Below are positions 25,773 through 34,294 of a stretch of 64,000 nt of DNA, one piece after another (the stretch's first letter is position 1; the number at the start of each line of letters is the position of its first letter). Source of the stretch: a bacterium (GTDB taxonomy: Bacteria; Lindowbacteria; 2-12-FULL-62-27). The notes beneath the pieces were generated by a model. The model ran no database searches and was not told where the DNA came from. It saw only the letters and a program-made list of their open reading frames with translations. The DNA lies in contig JACQOF010000140.1 in NCBI GenBank assembly GCA_016202645.1, forward strand, positions 25-64,024, read 5' to 3'. The position numbers and the translations under genes are program-made.

Positions 25773-26774
25773 ATGAAAAATATGAAGACCCTGCTGAGCC
25801 GTGCCGGCCTCGGGTTATTTTACCTGGCTTTCGTCCTCCTCTCCGGAGAATTTCTGATCCGGGTGATTTCGGCGGTCAAGCCCATTTACAGCGTCGAGAT
25901 GGTGAAGTACGCCACGACATTGCAGACCCGGTCGACCGATCCAAATATTTCGCACGTCCACCGGCCCAACAGCCGCGCTAAATTGATGGGCGTGGAAATC
26001 GAGCTCAATTCCCTCGGACACCGCTCAAAAGAGCTTGCCCGGCCAAAACCCAGCAACGAAAAACGGATTTTTGTACTGGGCAGTTCGATCACCCTGGGAT
26101 GGGGGGTGGCCCCTGGAGAGGTGTTTACCGCGGCGGCCGAGTCGATGCTGAACCGGGATCCTGAAGGCGGGGAGGTCGAATATTTGGTTGTCAATGCCGG
26201 TATTGCAAATTACAATACTTTTCATGAAGTTGAATTGTTTAAAAAACAGGCGGAGCAGGTGGAGCCGGACATGGTGGTGGTGAACTATTTCATCAACGAC
26301 GCCGAGATCATTCCGTTTAGAGCAAACAACCCTGTGTTGAGGCATTCTCTGTTCCTGGCGTTCCTCTATCAGCAATGGGCAAGCCTGCAAACGGGCATCC
26401 AAGGCAAATCGCTTGCTGAATATTACCGGGAACTTCACCGGGATGGACAGCCCGGATGGGAGCAAAGCAAACGCTCGATGAGGGAGCTTAAGGCGTTGTG
26501 TGACTCCCGCGACATTCCACTGATGGTGATGTTGACTCCGAACACAACCAACCTGACCAAGGATGAATCTTATCCTCCCCTCTATGAACAAATCGGGGCG
26601 GCATTTCAGAAGATGCGGATCGATACGATCAATACCTATCCGCTTTTTCACCTGAAATTCGGAGAGGACCCCCGCCAGGTTTGGGTGGCGCCGGGAGACC
26701 CTCATCCCAATTCCAAGGGTCACCGGATCATGGCTGACGAACTCTACCGGTACATCCGGGCGCACCCCCTGTAA
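25773..26774 (+). CDS. membrane-anchored SGNH-family protein (GSS variant)
   Basis: 333 aa. The start abuts the MBOAT-2 stop. Block I IFVLGSSITLGWGV and block V PGDPHPNSKGHR. Confidence 0.7.
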   Translation: MKNMKTLLSRAGLGLFYLAFVLLSGEFLIRVISAVKPIYSVEMVKYATTLQTRSTDPNISHVHRPNSRAKLMGVEIELNSLGHRSKELARPKPSNEKRIFVLGSSITLGWGVAPGEVFTAAAESMLNRDPEGGEVEYLVVNAGIANYNTFHEVELFKKQAEQVEPDMVVVNYFINDAEIIPFRANNPVLRHSLFLAFLYQQWASLQTGIQGKSLAEYYRELHRDGQPGWEQSKRSMRELKALCDSRDIPLMVMLTPNTTNLTKDESYPPLYEQIGAAFQKMRIDTINTYPLFHLKFGEDPRQVWVAPGDPHPNSKGHRIMADELYRYIRAHPL

Positions 26775-26780
26775 CCGTTT

Positions 26781-26897
26781 ATGTGGAAGAAACGGCTGCT
26801 CTACATGCTTCTGTTGGTCGTCGTGCTGTTCCTGCTGATCGTCATGATGGCGTTTTTTTCCGGAAACCAGCCGTTTGAATATCCGGCGTTTTTCTGA
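26781..26897 (+). CDS. possible 38-aa single-TM peptide
   Basis: Hand-translated: MWKKRLLYMLLLVVVLFLLIVMMAFFSGNQPFEYPAFF. Lies 6 nt after the SGNH stop with no clear SD. Too short for the ORF track. Confidence 0.25.
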   Translation: MWKKRLLYMLLLVVVLFLLIVMMAFFSGNQPFEYPAFF

Positions 26898-26926
26898 CCG
26901 GATACCTCAAATGCAGTAGATTTTGT

Positions 26927-26956
26927 TTGACTTGACACCAGACATTGGTCTATAAT
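26927..26956 (+). promoter_or_regulatory. sigma70-type promoter for the cox operon, leaderless geometry
   Basis: TTGACT-N18-TATAAT-N9-ATG(26966). No SD. Confidence 0.55.
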
Positions 26957-26965
26957 CTCGCCTTC

Positions 26966-27727
26966 ATGAACGCGCCTGAGCAACTCTACGGCTGGTGGGT
27001 GCCGGTCAAGGCATCCACGTACGCCGCGCAACTCGATACCCAGCTGGATATTTTCCACTGGGCCATGCTCCTCATTTTCGTCCTCTGGGGCATTTATTTC
27101 GTCTACTGCCTGGCGCACTACCGTGCCAGGCCCGGCGTTCCGGCCGTGCGCGGCCAGCTGAGCGTCGCCAAGTCCATGGTCCCGGACGGGATCATTCTCG
27201 TTTTCGAGATGTTTATGATCTTCGTGATTGGTCTTCCGGTCTGGGCCCAGGTGATGGAGACCTTTCCGGAGGAAAAAAAGGCCAACGTCGTCCACGTGAT
27301 CGCCCAGCAGTTCGCGTGGAACTTCCACTATCCCGGCCCGGACGGCGAATTCGGCCGGCGGGACATTCATCTCGTCAGTTCCGGCAACCCAATCGGCCTC
27401 GATGACAGCGACCCGGCCTCCAAAGACGATATCGTTTCGATCAACACGATGCCGGCGCCGCTCGGGAAACCGACCCTGGCCTACCTCACGTCCATGGACG
27501 TCATCCACGGCTTCAACGTCCCGGCCTTCCGCACCAAGCAGGACGTGACGCCCGGGATGCGCGTGCGGATCTGGTTTGAGCCAATCCTGCGCGGCAAGTT
27601 CGAAATCGCCTGCGCCCAGCTCTGCGGCCTGGCCCATTACCGGATGCTCGGAAACGTGGAGGTCATGACCCAGGAGGAATTTGACGCGTGGATCCAAAAG
27701 AAACTCGCGGACAAGGCGGAACTCTGA
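26966..27727 (+). CDS. coxB: cytochrome c oxidase subunit II (CuA, no fused cytochrome c)
   Basis: ORF 26945 trimmed to ATG 26966, because the TTG start would sit inside the predicted -10. Two TM helices and the CuA site HGFNV...CAQLCGLAHYRM. Confidence 0.85.
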   Translation: MNAPEQLYGWWVPVKASTYAAQLDTQLDIFHWAMLLIFVLWGIYFVYCLAHYRARPGVPAVRGQLSVAKSMVPDGIILVFEMFMIFVIGLPVWAQVMETFPEEKKANVVHVIAQQFAWNFHYPGPDGEFGRRDIHLVSSGNPIGLDDSDPASKDDIVSINTMPAPLGKPTLAYLTSMDVIHGFNVPAFRTKQDVTPGMRVRIWFEPILRGKFEIACAQLCGLAHYRMLGNVEVMTQEEFDAWIQKKLADKAEL

Positions 27728-29499
27728 TGAAGGGCGCGGCAGTCCATTCCCAGACGCAGACAGGCGGGCACGAAGCGCACCCCCAGCTCGGGTTTGTCCG
27801 GACCTATGTGTTTTCGACGGACCACAAGGTCATCGGCATTCAGTACATGATCACCTCGATGCTGTTTTTGCTTTCCGGATTTTTCATGATGCTCATGATG
27901 CGCTGGCAGCTCGCCTGGCCCGGCCAGCCCATTCCCATCATCGGCCAGTTTCTCCCGGAGACCATGGCGCCCGGCGGCGTGATGCTGCCCGAATTCTACA
28001 ACCAGCTCGGCGCCATGCACGGCACCATCATGGTCTTCCTCGGCATCGTCCCCCTCGGCGTCGCGGCGTTCGGAAATTTTGTCCTGCCGCTTCAAATCGG
28101 CGCGAAAGACATGGCTTTCCCGTTTTTGAATATGCTCTCCTACTGGATTTTCCTCGTCGGCGGAATTCTCATGCTGTCGAGTTTCGCGATGCCGGGCGGC
28201 GCCGCCCAGTCGGGCTGGACGTCCTACGCGCCCCTCGCAGACCTCGCCCCGCCGGGCCAGACGATGTGGCTGATCGCGATGACGTTTATCATCACGTCCT
28301 CGCTCTTCGGCGCGATCAACTTCATCGTCACCACCCTGAACCTCCGCGCCAGGGGCATGACGTGGCTCCGACTGCCGTTTTTCGTCTGGTGCCAGTTCGT
28401 CACCGCCATCCTGCTGGTCCTGGCGTTCCCGGTCCTTCAGGGCGGCGCGATCCTGCAGCTGCTCGACCGCGTGGCCAAGGCGAACTTTTTCATCCCGGCC
28501 AACCTGATCTTCGGCGGCGCGCCGGTGGAACAGCCGGGCGGCGGCAATCCTCTTCTCTGGCAACATCTCTTCTGGTTCCTGGCGCACCCGGAAGTTTACG
28601 TTCTGCTTCTACCAGAATTCGGCATCGTCGCGGAGATCCTGGCGAACGGCACCCGGAAACCCTTGTTCGGGTATTTTGAGCTGGTCGTCTCGGTCTGCGC
28701 CATTGGCGCGCTGTCCTTCATCGTCTGGGCACACCACATGTTCCTGTCGGGCATGCGGACCGACGTCACCAAATTTTTCACGGTGACGACGATGATCATT
28801 TCCATCCCGTCCGTTATGGTGCTGACGTGTTTTCTATTGAGCCTCAGGGGAGGGTCCATCCATTTCACGACGCCGATGCTCTTTGCGCTCGCGTTTATCC
28901 CGATGTTCGGCATCGGCGGACTCACGGGCCTCCCGCTTGGTTTCACGCCGACCGATATCTACCTCCACGACACGCTCTACGTCATCGGCCATTTTCATTA
29001 CGTCGTCGTCACCGGCAGTCTGATCGCGCTCTTTGGGGGTCTCTACTACTGGTTTCCGAAAATGTTCGGCCGGACCATGAACGAATTCTGGGGCAAGGTC
29101 CACTTCTGGCTGACGGTCACCGCGATGAACGGGATTTTCTTTCCCATGATGTGGCAGGGCATGGCGGGGGTGCTCCGCCGGCAGTATGACCCGACCGCGC
29201 AGATCCACAACCACCCGACTCTGCCCCTGAACAAGGTCATGACCATCAGCGCGATTTGTCTCGCGCTCGCGCAGATTCCGTTCGTCTTGAATTTCTTCAT
29301 CAGCATTTTTAAGGGCAAAAAAACGTCGGCCAACCCCTGGAACGCGACGACCCTCGACTGGGCCGCCTGCCCGTCCCCGCCGCCTCACGGGAATTTCGCG
29401 GGCGAACTGGCGATCCACCGCGGGCCCTACGAGTACAGCGTGCCGGGCCACAAAACAGACTGGTCCCCCCAGCACGTTCCGGAAAAGGAACTGTCATGA
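27727..29499 (+). CDS. ctaD: cytochrome c oxidase subunit I
   Basis: ATG 27727 overlaps the coxB stop. Heme-copper oxidase signatures HPEVYVLLLPEFG, WAHHMF and GHFHYVV. Confidence 0.95.
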   Translation: MKGAAVHSQTQTGGHEAHPQLGFVRTYVFSTDHKVIGIQYMITSMLFLLSGFFMMLMMRWQLAWPGQPIPIIGQFLPETMAPGGVMLPEFYNQLGAMHGTIMVFLGIVPLGVAAFGNFVLPLQIGAKDMAFPFLNMLSYWIFLVGGILMLSSFAMPGGAAQSGWTSYAPLADLAPPGQTMWLIAMTFIITSSLFGAINFIVTTLNLRARGMTWLRLPFFVWCQFVTAILLVLAFPVLQGGAILQLLDRVAKANFFIPANLIFGGAPVEQPGGGNPLLWQHLFWFLAHPEVYVLLLPEFGIVAEILANGTRKPLFGYFELVVSVCAIGALSFIVWAHHMFLSGMRTDVTKFFTVTTMIISIPSVMVLTCFLLSLRGGSIHFTTPMLFALAFIPMFGIGGLTGLPLGFTPTDIYLHDTLYVIGHFHYVVVTGSLIALFGGLYYWFPKMFGRTMNEFWGKVHFWLTVTAMNGIFFPMMWQGMAGVLRRQYDPTAQIHNHPTLPLNKVMTISAICLALAQIPFVLNFFISIFKGKKTSANPWNATTLDWAACPSPPPHGNFAGELAIHRGPYEYSVPGHKTDWSPQHVPEKELS

Positions 29500-30095
29500 C
29501 CTCCGTTCCGTGGATTTTGGATCCTTCGGACGAACCGACGTCGACCGGGGTCCCGCACGGCAAGCTTGGGATGTGGGTGTTTCTCGCGTCGGAAGTGATG
29601 CTGTTTGGAAGTCTCATCAGTTCCTACATCGTCCTGAGAATCGGCAGTCCCCTCTTCATCATGCCCTCGCACGCGGATCTGAGCGTTCCGGTCGCCGCGG
29701 CCAACACATTCGTTTTGATCGTCAGCAGCGTCACGATGGTTCTGGCCCTTGCGGCGATCCAGCAGGACAACCGCAAGGCCATGATCGGTTATTTGACCGC
29801 CACCATTCTCTGCGGGATATTTTTCCTCTGCGTGAAAGGCTACGAATATCCCCACAAATGGCACCTCGGCATCACGATCTCCAGCGGCCTCTTCGGGTCC
29901 TTCTATTACACCATGACGGGTCTTCACGGCCTGCACGTTCTGGGCGGGATATTTTTTAATTCCTATATTCTGTACCAGGGCGTTCGCGGCCGGTTGTCGG
30001 CCCGCCGGTGCGAACGCGTCGAGTACGCCGGCATCTACTGGCATTTCGTCGACCTCGTGTGGGTCGTCCTGTTTCCGTTGTTGTATCTGTTATGA
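29496..30095 (+). CDS. ctaE: cytochrome c oxidase subunit III
   Basis: 199 aa, polytopic. C-terminus YWHFVDLVWVVLFPLLY is typical of subunit III. Overlaps the ctaD stop. Confidence 0.85.
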   Translation: MTSVPWILDPSDEPTSTGVPHGKLGMWVFLASEVMLFGSLISSYIVLRIGSPLFIMPSHADLSVPVAAANTFVLIVSSVTMVLALAAIQQDNRKAMIGYLTATILCGIFFLCVKGYEYPHKWHLGITISSGLFGSFYYTMTGLHGLHVLGGIFFNSYILYQGVRGRLSARRCERVEYAGIYWHFVDLVWVVLFPLLYLL

Positions 30096-30442
30096 CAACC
30101 CTCCGAAGCCCCCAGGAGCCGCAGGCGGCAGCCGCCGCGGGCGGACACGGCGACCCCAAAAAAATGGTCCGCACCTATCTGGCCATCTTCGGAGCGCTGG
30201 CTGTCCTGACGTTTCTCACCGTCTGGGTCAACACCCTGGACGTTTCCCGGCCGGTCGCGATTGCCATTGCGGGGAGCATCGCCATCGTCAAAGTGGCCCT
30301 GATCGCGATGTTTTTCATGCACCTCAAGTCCGAGGGCCGATGGATCTTCGGCGTCGTCGCCCTTTGCCTGATCGCCGTCCTCATCCTGGCCGTCCTGATC
30401 TCACCCGACATCGGAGGCGTCTTCGGCGGATTCAGGCACTAG
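30092..30442 (+). CDS. cytochrome c oxidase subunit IV-like small membrane protein
   Basis: ORF 30008 trimmed to ATG 30092 (ATGA overlap). Three predicted TM helices, and the position matches bacterial subunit IV. Confidence 0.6.
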   Translation: MTTLRSPQEPQAAAAAGGHGDPKKMVRTYLAIFGALAVLTFLTVWVNTLDVSRPVAIAIAGSIAIVKVALIAMFFMHLKSEGRWIFGVVALCLIAVLILAVLISPDIGGVFGGFRH

Positions 30443-30470
30443 TGTAGTGTCTCAGAGGTCTCTTTACATT

Positions 30471-30551
30471 CGTCATTCCCGCGAAAGCGGGAATCCAGTC
30501 CGCAACTGCAGCAGAAATGGCATATGGACCCCCGCTTTCGCGGGGGTGACG
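30471..30551. repeat. family A inverted pair (right unit degenerate)
   Basis: Units 30471..30498 and 30525..30551, downstream of the cox operon. The right unit contains the candidate GTG start at 30546. Confidence 0.85.
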
Positions 30552-30836
30552 GACTCTGCCCGCCGGCTCCAAATCGCAATCTTTGTTTCACTGTTGGCTG
30601 TTGGCTGTTGGCTGTTGGCCGTCCCGGAGGCATCGGCATGCCCAATGTGCTACGGCGACCTCGAACCCGACCAGGCCCGCGGATTTTTCTGGGGCATTGT
30701 CCTTCTGATTCTCCTGCCGCCCGCCCTCATCCTCTACATCGGCGGCCACGTCTATTTCTCAACCCGCCGGCACGACCGTCAACAACTCCTGGTCGACCAC
30801 GCGGAAACCCTCATCGAACGACATCAGCAGCCGTAA
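30546..30836 (+). CDS. small exported CPMC-motif membrane protein (unknown function)
   Basis: ORF 30447 has a repeat-encoded N-terminus. GTG 30546 gives MTDSARRLQIAIFVSLLAVGCWLLAVPEASA|CPMCYG, a plausible signal peptide, followed by one TM helix. The start is uncertain. Confidence 0.4.
   Translation: MTDSARRLQIAIFVSLLAVGCWLLAVPEASACPMCYGDLEPDQARGFFWGIVLLILLPPALILYIGGHVYFSTRRHDRQQLLVDHAETLIERHQQP
30591..30618 (+). repeat. heptanucleotide tandem repeat (CTGTTGG)x4
   Basis: Perfect 4 copies inside the signal-peptide coding region of the CPMC protein. Confidence 0.9.
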
Positions 30837-30889
30837 TCCAGCAACCCCTCCGTATTTTCCTGTGGGGCAGACCTACAACTGCAACGCTT

Positions 30890-30917
30890 CGTCATTCCCG
30901 CGAAAGCGGGAATCCAG
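30890..30917. repeat. family A solo unit
   Basis: CGTCATTCCCGCGAAAGCGGGAATCCAG. It overlaps the mnmG stop codon and its last ~8 codons. Confidence 0.9.
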
Positions 30918-32790
30918 CCGTGAGATAGATGAGGAGATTCTGAATGTCGGCCGGGGATACTCCGGAGAGCCGCGCGGCCTGGCCCAGCGTGCGCGGGAGG
31001 TGTTTCTTGAGTTTTTCCCGGGCCTCCAGGGTCAGGCTCGGCACGGCGGCGTAATCGAGGGTCTCCGGAATTAGATGCGCTTCCTGCCGGACCGCGCGGT
31101 CAACGGCCTCGCGCTGGCGGCGGATGTATCCTTCGTATTTGACTTCAATCTCCACCTGCGCCATGACGCTCGATGGCAGGCGGGCCAGCGGCGCGTTGAT
31201 TGCCAGAAGATCCTCGTAGCGCACAAATGGCCGCCGCAGAAGTTCCTCGGCGGTCGGCGAACCCGCCGGCGGGGCGGTGTTGCGGAACTCGCAGACGCGT
31301 TTCATCTCTTCCGTTACGGGCAACCGGGTCCGCCGCAGGGAATTTAGAATCTCATCACGCTTTTCCTCCTCTTCCTTAAAGCGGTCCAGGATTTCCGCCG
31401 GCAGAAGACCGTACGTCTCCGCGATTTTCCGGAGCCTGAGATGCGCGTTGTCCTGCCGGAGAAGGAGGCGGTATTCCGCGCGGCTGGTGAACATCCGGTA
31501 CGGCTCGTCGGTGCTCTTGGTCGCCAGATCGTCGATGAGCACGCCGATATAAGCCTGGTCGCGCGATAAAACAAATGGCGGCAGGCCCAGAATTTTTGCT
31601 GCGGCGTTGATTCCGGCCGCAAGGCCGAGCGCTGCGGCTTCCTCGTAGCCGCTCGTGCCGTTGATCTGCCCGGCCACGTAGAGTCCCGGGATTTTCCGGC
31701 ATTCCAGCGTTGACCGGATTTCGTGCGGCGGCACGTAATCATATTCCACCGAATATCCGAACTTGGTGATCTCCGATTTTTCCAGGCCCCGGATCGTTCG
31801 AACAAAGGCTGTCTGGCAATCCGCCGGCAGGGAGGTCGCGATGCCGTTGACGTATAATTCCGCCGTATCCAGACCTTCAGGCTCCAAAAACACATAGTGC
31901 CGGGGATGGTGGGAAAACTTGACTACCTTGTCCTCGATGCTCGGGCAGTACCGCGGCCCGCGGGACTTGATCCGGCCGGTATAGAGCGGCGACCGGTCGA
32001 GACTGGCGCGGATGATCTCGTGTGTTTTTTCGTTGGTATATCCCAGGTGGCACACCGCCCGATTTTTCGGCTCGATCCCGGCCCAGAAACTGAATCGTGG
32101 CGGCGGCTCGTCGCCCTGTTGAACCTCGAACGCTGAAAAGTCGACCGTTCTCCCGTCGAGCCGCGGCGGCGTCCCGGTCTTCAGGCGGCCAAGGTCGACC
32201 CCCAGTTTCCGTAAATTGTCGGAGAGCGGATAGGCCGCGGGCGACCCCATTCTACCGCCGACTTTGGTCTCCAGCCCGAAGTGCATCAGCCCCTGCAGGA
32301 ATGTTCCGGTCGTGAGGATCACCGCGCGTGCGGGCATATCGCCGGCGCGTTTGCAGCGCAGGCCGGTCAGATGGATGCTGGATGTTCGATGCCGGATGCT
32401 CGATGCTGGATGCTCGATCAAAATTTCGACGGCTTCGTCTTCGACAATCTCCAGATTCGGCGTCGATTCCAGAATCCGGCGCGCAACCGCCTTGTAGAGT
32501 TTGCGGTCCGCCTGCGCGCGCGGCGAATGAACGGCCGGGCCTTTCCGTGTATTCAACATGCGAAATTGAATTCCCGCTTCGTCGGTGATGCGGCCCATGA
32601 GTCCCCCGAGCGCGTCGACTTCCCGCGCCAGCTGTCCCTTGGCCAGTCCGCCAATGGCGGGATTGCAGGACATCTGGCCAATTTCCTCTTTTCTCAAGGT
32701 GACGATCTTGGTGGCAAGCCCCATCCGCGCGCACGCCGCGGCGGCTTCCATGCCGGCATGCCCGGCGCCAACAACGATGACGTCGGTCAT
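30892..32790 (-). CDS. mnmG: tRNA uridine 5-carboxymethylaminomethyl modification enzyme MnmG
   Basis: 632 aa. FAD motif VIVVGAGHAGMEAA, with GidA-family body and C-terminal domain. The last codons and the stop lie in a family A repeat unit. Confidence 0.95.
   Translation of the reverse strand: MTDVIVVGAGHAGMEAAAACARMGLATKIVTLRKEEIGQMSCNPAIGGLAKGQLAREVDALGGLMGRITDEAGIQFRMLNTRKGPAVHSPRAQADRKLYKAVARRILESTPNLEIVEDEAVEILIEHPASSIRHRTSSIHLTGLRCKRAGDMPARAVILTTGTFLQGLMHFGLETKVGGRMGSPAAYPLSDNLRKLGVDLGRLKTGTPPRLDGRTVDFSAFEVQQGDEPPPRFSFWAGIEPKNRAVCHLGYTNEKTHEIIRASLDRSPLYTGRIKSRGPRYCPSIEDKVVKFSHHPRHYVFLEPEGLDTAELYVNGIATSLPADCQTAFVRTIRGLEKSEITKFGYSVEYDYVPPHEIRSTLECRKIPGLYVAGQINGTSGYEEAAALGLAAGINAAAKILGLPPFVLSRDQAYIGVLIDDLATKSTDEPYRMFTSRAEYRLLLRQDNAHLRLRKIAETYGLLPAEILDRFKEEEEKRDEILNSLRRTRLPVTEEMKRVCEFRNTAPPAGSPTAEELLRRPFVRYEDLLAINAPLARLPSSVMAQVEIEVKYEGYIRRQREAVDRAVRQEAHLIPETLDYAAVPSLTLEAREKLKKHLPRTLGQAARLSGVSPADIQNLLIYLTAGFPLSRE
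32374..32415 (-). repeat. three tandem 14-nt units (GAGCATCCAGCATC-like) in frame in mnmG
   Basis: The minus strand reads GAGCATCCAGCATC GAGCATCCGGCATC GAACATCCAGCATC, which encodes EHPASSIRHRTSSI. Confidence 0.9.
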
Positions 32791-32796
32791 CGGTGA

Positions 32797-32832
32797 CTCC
32801 TCCCCCCTTGAGGGGGAGGCTGGGAGGGGGGG
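32797..32832. repeat. family B unit
   Basis: Occupies almost all of the 43-nt gap between the mnmE stop and the mnmG start. Confidence 0.9.
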
Positions 32833-32833
32833 A

Positions 32834-34231
32834 TCATTTGCCTACACAAAAACTCGAAAAGATCTTGTCCAGAACGTCATCATGCGTCTTCCGGCCAGCG
32901 AAATCCTCCAGCGCCGACAGCGCCTCGCGGATGTCCGCCGATAGAAATTCTTCGGTCAGTTCACCGGCCATTGCCGCGGTGATCGCGCGCTCGACGGCCT
33001 CTTTGGCGCGTCGCAGACACTCGGCCTGACGGGAGCTGATCCACACCGGCGTATCGGTTGTGTCTCCGAGAAACCCGCGGCCGAGGGCGGATATCCGCTC
33101 GCGCAAGGAGTCAGCGCCATCCGGCCGGGTCCCGACCGTTCGCACCGTTGGCATGTCCTTAAATCCATTGCCCTGAAGCCTCGACAGCGCGGTAGGATCG
33201 CCGGGTTCCAAGTCCGTCTTATTCAGCGCCAAAATCCGGGATGTTTTTTCCGGCAGATCATGCGCGATATCGATATCCTCCTCGCCGATGGACGACGCAT
33301 CCAGTACGAACACGATGATATCCGCCGATCCCGCCGCACGGCGGCTTCGTTCAATGCCCTCGGCCTCGATCCGGTCAGTCGCCCCGCGCAGTCCTGCCGT
33401 ATCCAGAAACTCAAACAGAACATCATCGATCTCGATCCGCCCGTCGACGACGTCCCGGGTGGTGCCCGGTTCCGGCGAAACGATCGCGCGGGGTGATCCA
33501 AGAAGGCGATTTAAGAGGGTAGACTTGCCGACATTCGGTTTTCCGATGATCGCCACCCGAACGGCGCCGGACAGATACGCCGAGCGGTCCGCATGCCGGA
33601 GCAGTTCCGACAGCGCGGCCGATCCGGCCCGAAGCACAGACCGAATGCGGTCGGGATCCACGACGTCGATGCCCTCTTCCGAGAGGTCGAGGTTGGCTTC
33701 CAGCAGAGACAGAATTTCAGTCATCTGATCGGCCAGAGACTTGATGCGTTCGGATGTTTCCCCGGTCAGTCCGGCCGCGGCGGCGCGGGCGGCGAGGGCA
33801 AACGAAGCCGACGTCGCGGCCGCCACGGCCTCGGCCTGCGCGAGATCCAGCTTGCCGTTCAAGAATGCCCGGCGCGTGAATTCACCCGCGACCGCCGGTG
33901 TGAAGCCCGCCTGAACGAGGATCCGGAAAATCGCGCGCGTCAGACCCCGGCCGCCGTGGCAGATCAGCTCGGCTAGATCTTCACCGGTGTAGGAATTCGG
34001 CGCCCTATAGAGGATCACCGTCACCCGATCCAGTATTTCTCCCGTATCGGGATGAACGAATTCACACAGCGTCACGCGGCGGTCGGCCACCCGCGTCAGA
34101 TTCAATGGTTCACGGTTTTTTCGAAGACAGGCCTCCAGGATTCTGTGACAGTTCTCTCCGGTCATTCGAACGACCGACAGGGCCGCATCCGTCGCCGTGG
34201 AGGTTGCGATCGCCACGACAGCTCTATACAT
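32834..34231 (-). CDS. mnmE: tRNA modification GTPase MnmE
   Basis: ORF trimmed to ATG 34231, because the upstream 20 codons are repeat-encoded. G-domain GKPNVGKSTLLN and C-terminal FCVGK. Confidence 0.9.
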   Translation of the reverse strand: MYRAVVAIATSTATDAALSVVRMTGENCHRILEACLRKNREPLNLTRVADRRVTLCEFVHPDTGEILDRVTVILYRAPNSYTGEDLAELICHGGRGLTRAIFRILVQAGFTPAVAGEFTRRAFLNGKLDLAQAEAVAAATSASFALAARAAAAGLTGETSERIKSLADQMTEILSLLEANLDLSEEGIDVVDPDRIRSVLRAGSAALSELLRHADRSAYLSGAVRVAIIGKPNVGKSTLLNRLLGSPRAIVSPEPGTTRDVVDGRIEIDDVLFEFLDTAGLRGATDRIEAEGIERSRRAAGSADIIVFVLDASSIGEEDIDIAHDLPEKTSRILALNKTDLEPGDPTALSRLQGNGFKDMPTVRTVGTRPDGADSLRERISALGRGFLGDTTDTPVWISSRQAECLRRAKEAVERAITAAMAGELTEEFLSADIREALSALEDFAGRKTHDDVLDKIFSSFCVGK

Positions 34232-34241
34232 GGCCGATTGA

Positions 34242-34276
34242 CCCCCCTCCCAACCTCCCCCGCAAGGGGGGAGGAG
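34242..34276. repeat. family B unit
   Basis: Lies in the 63-nt gap between the glmS stop and the mnmE start. Confidence 0.9.
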
Positions 34277-34294
34277 ATGATTGAGCCGCAAACA

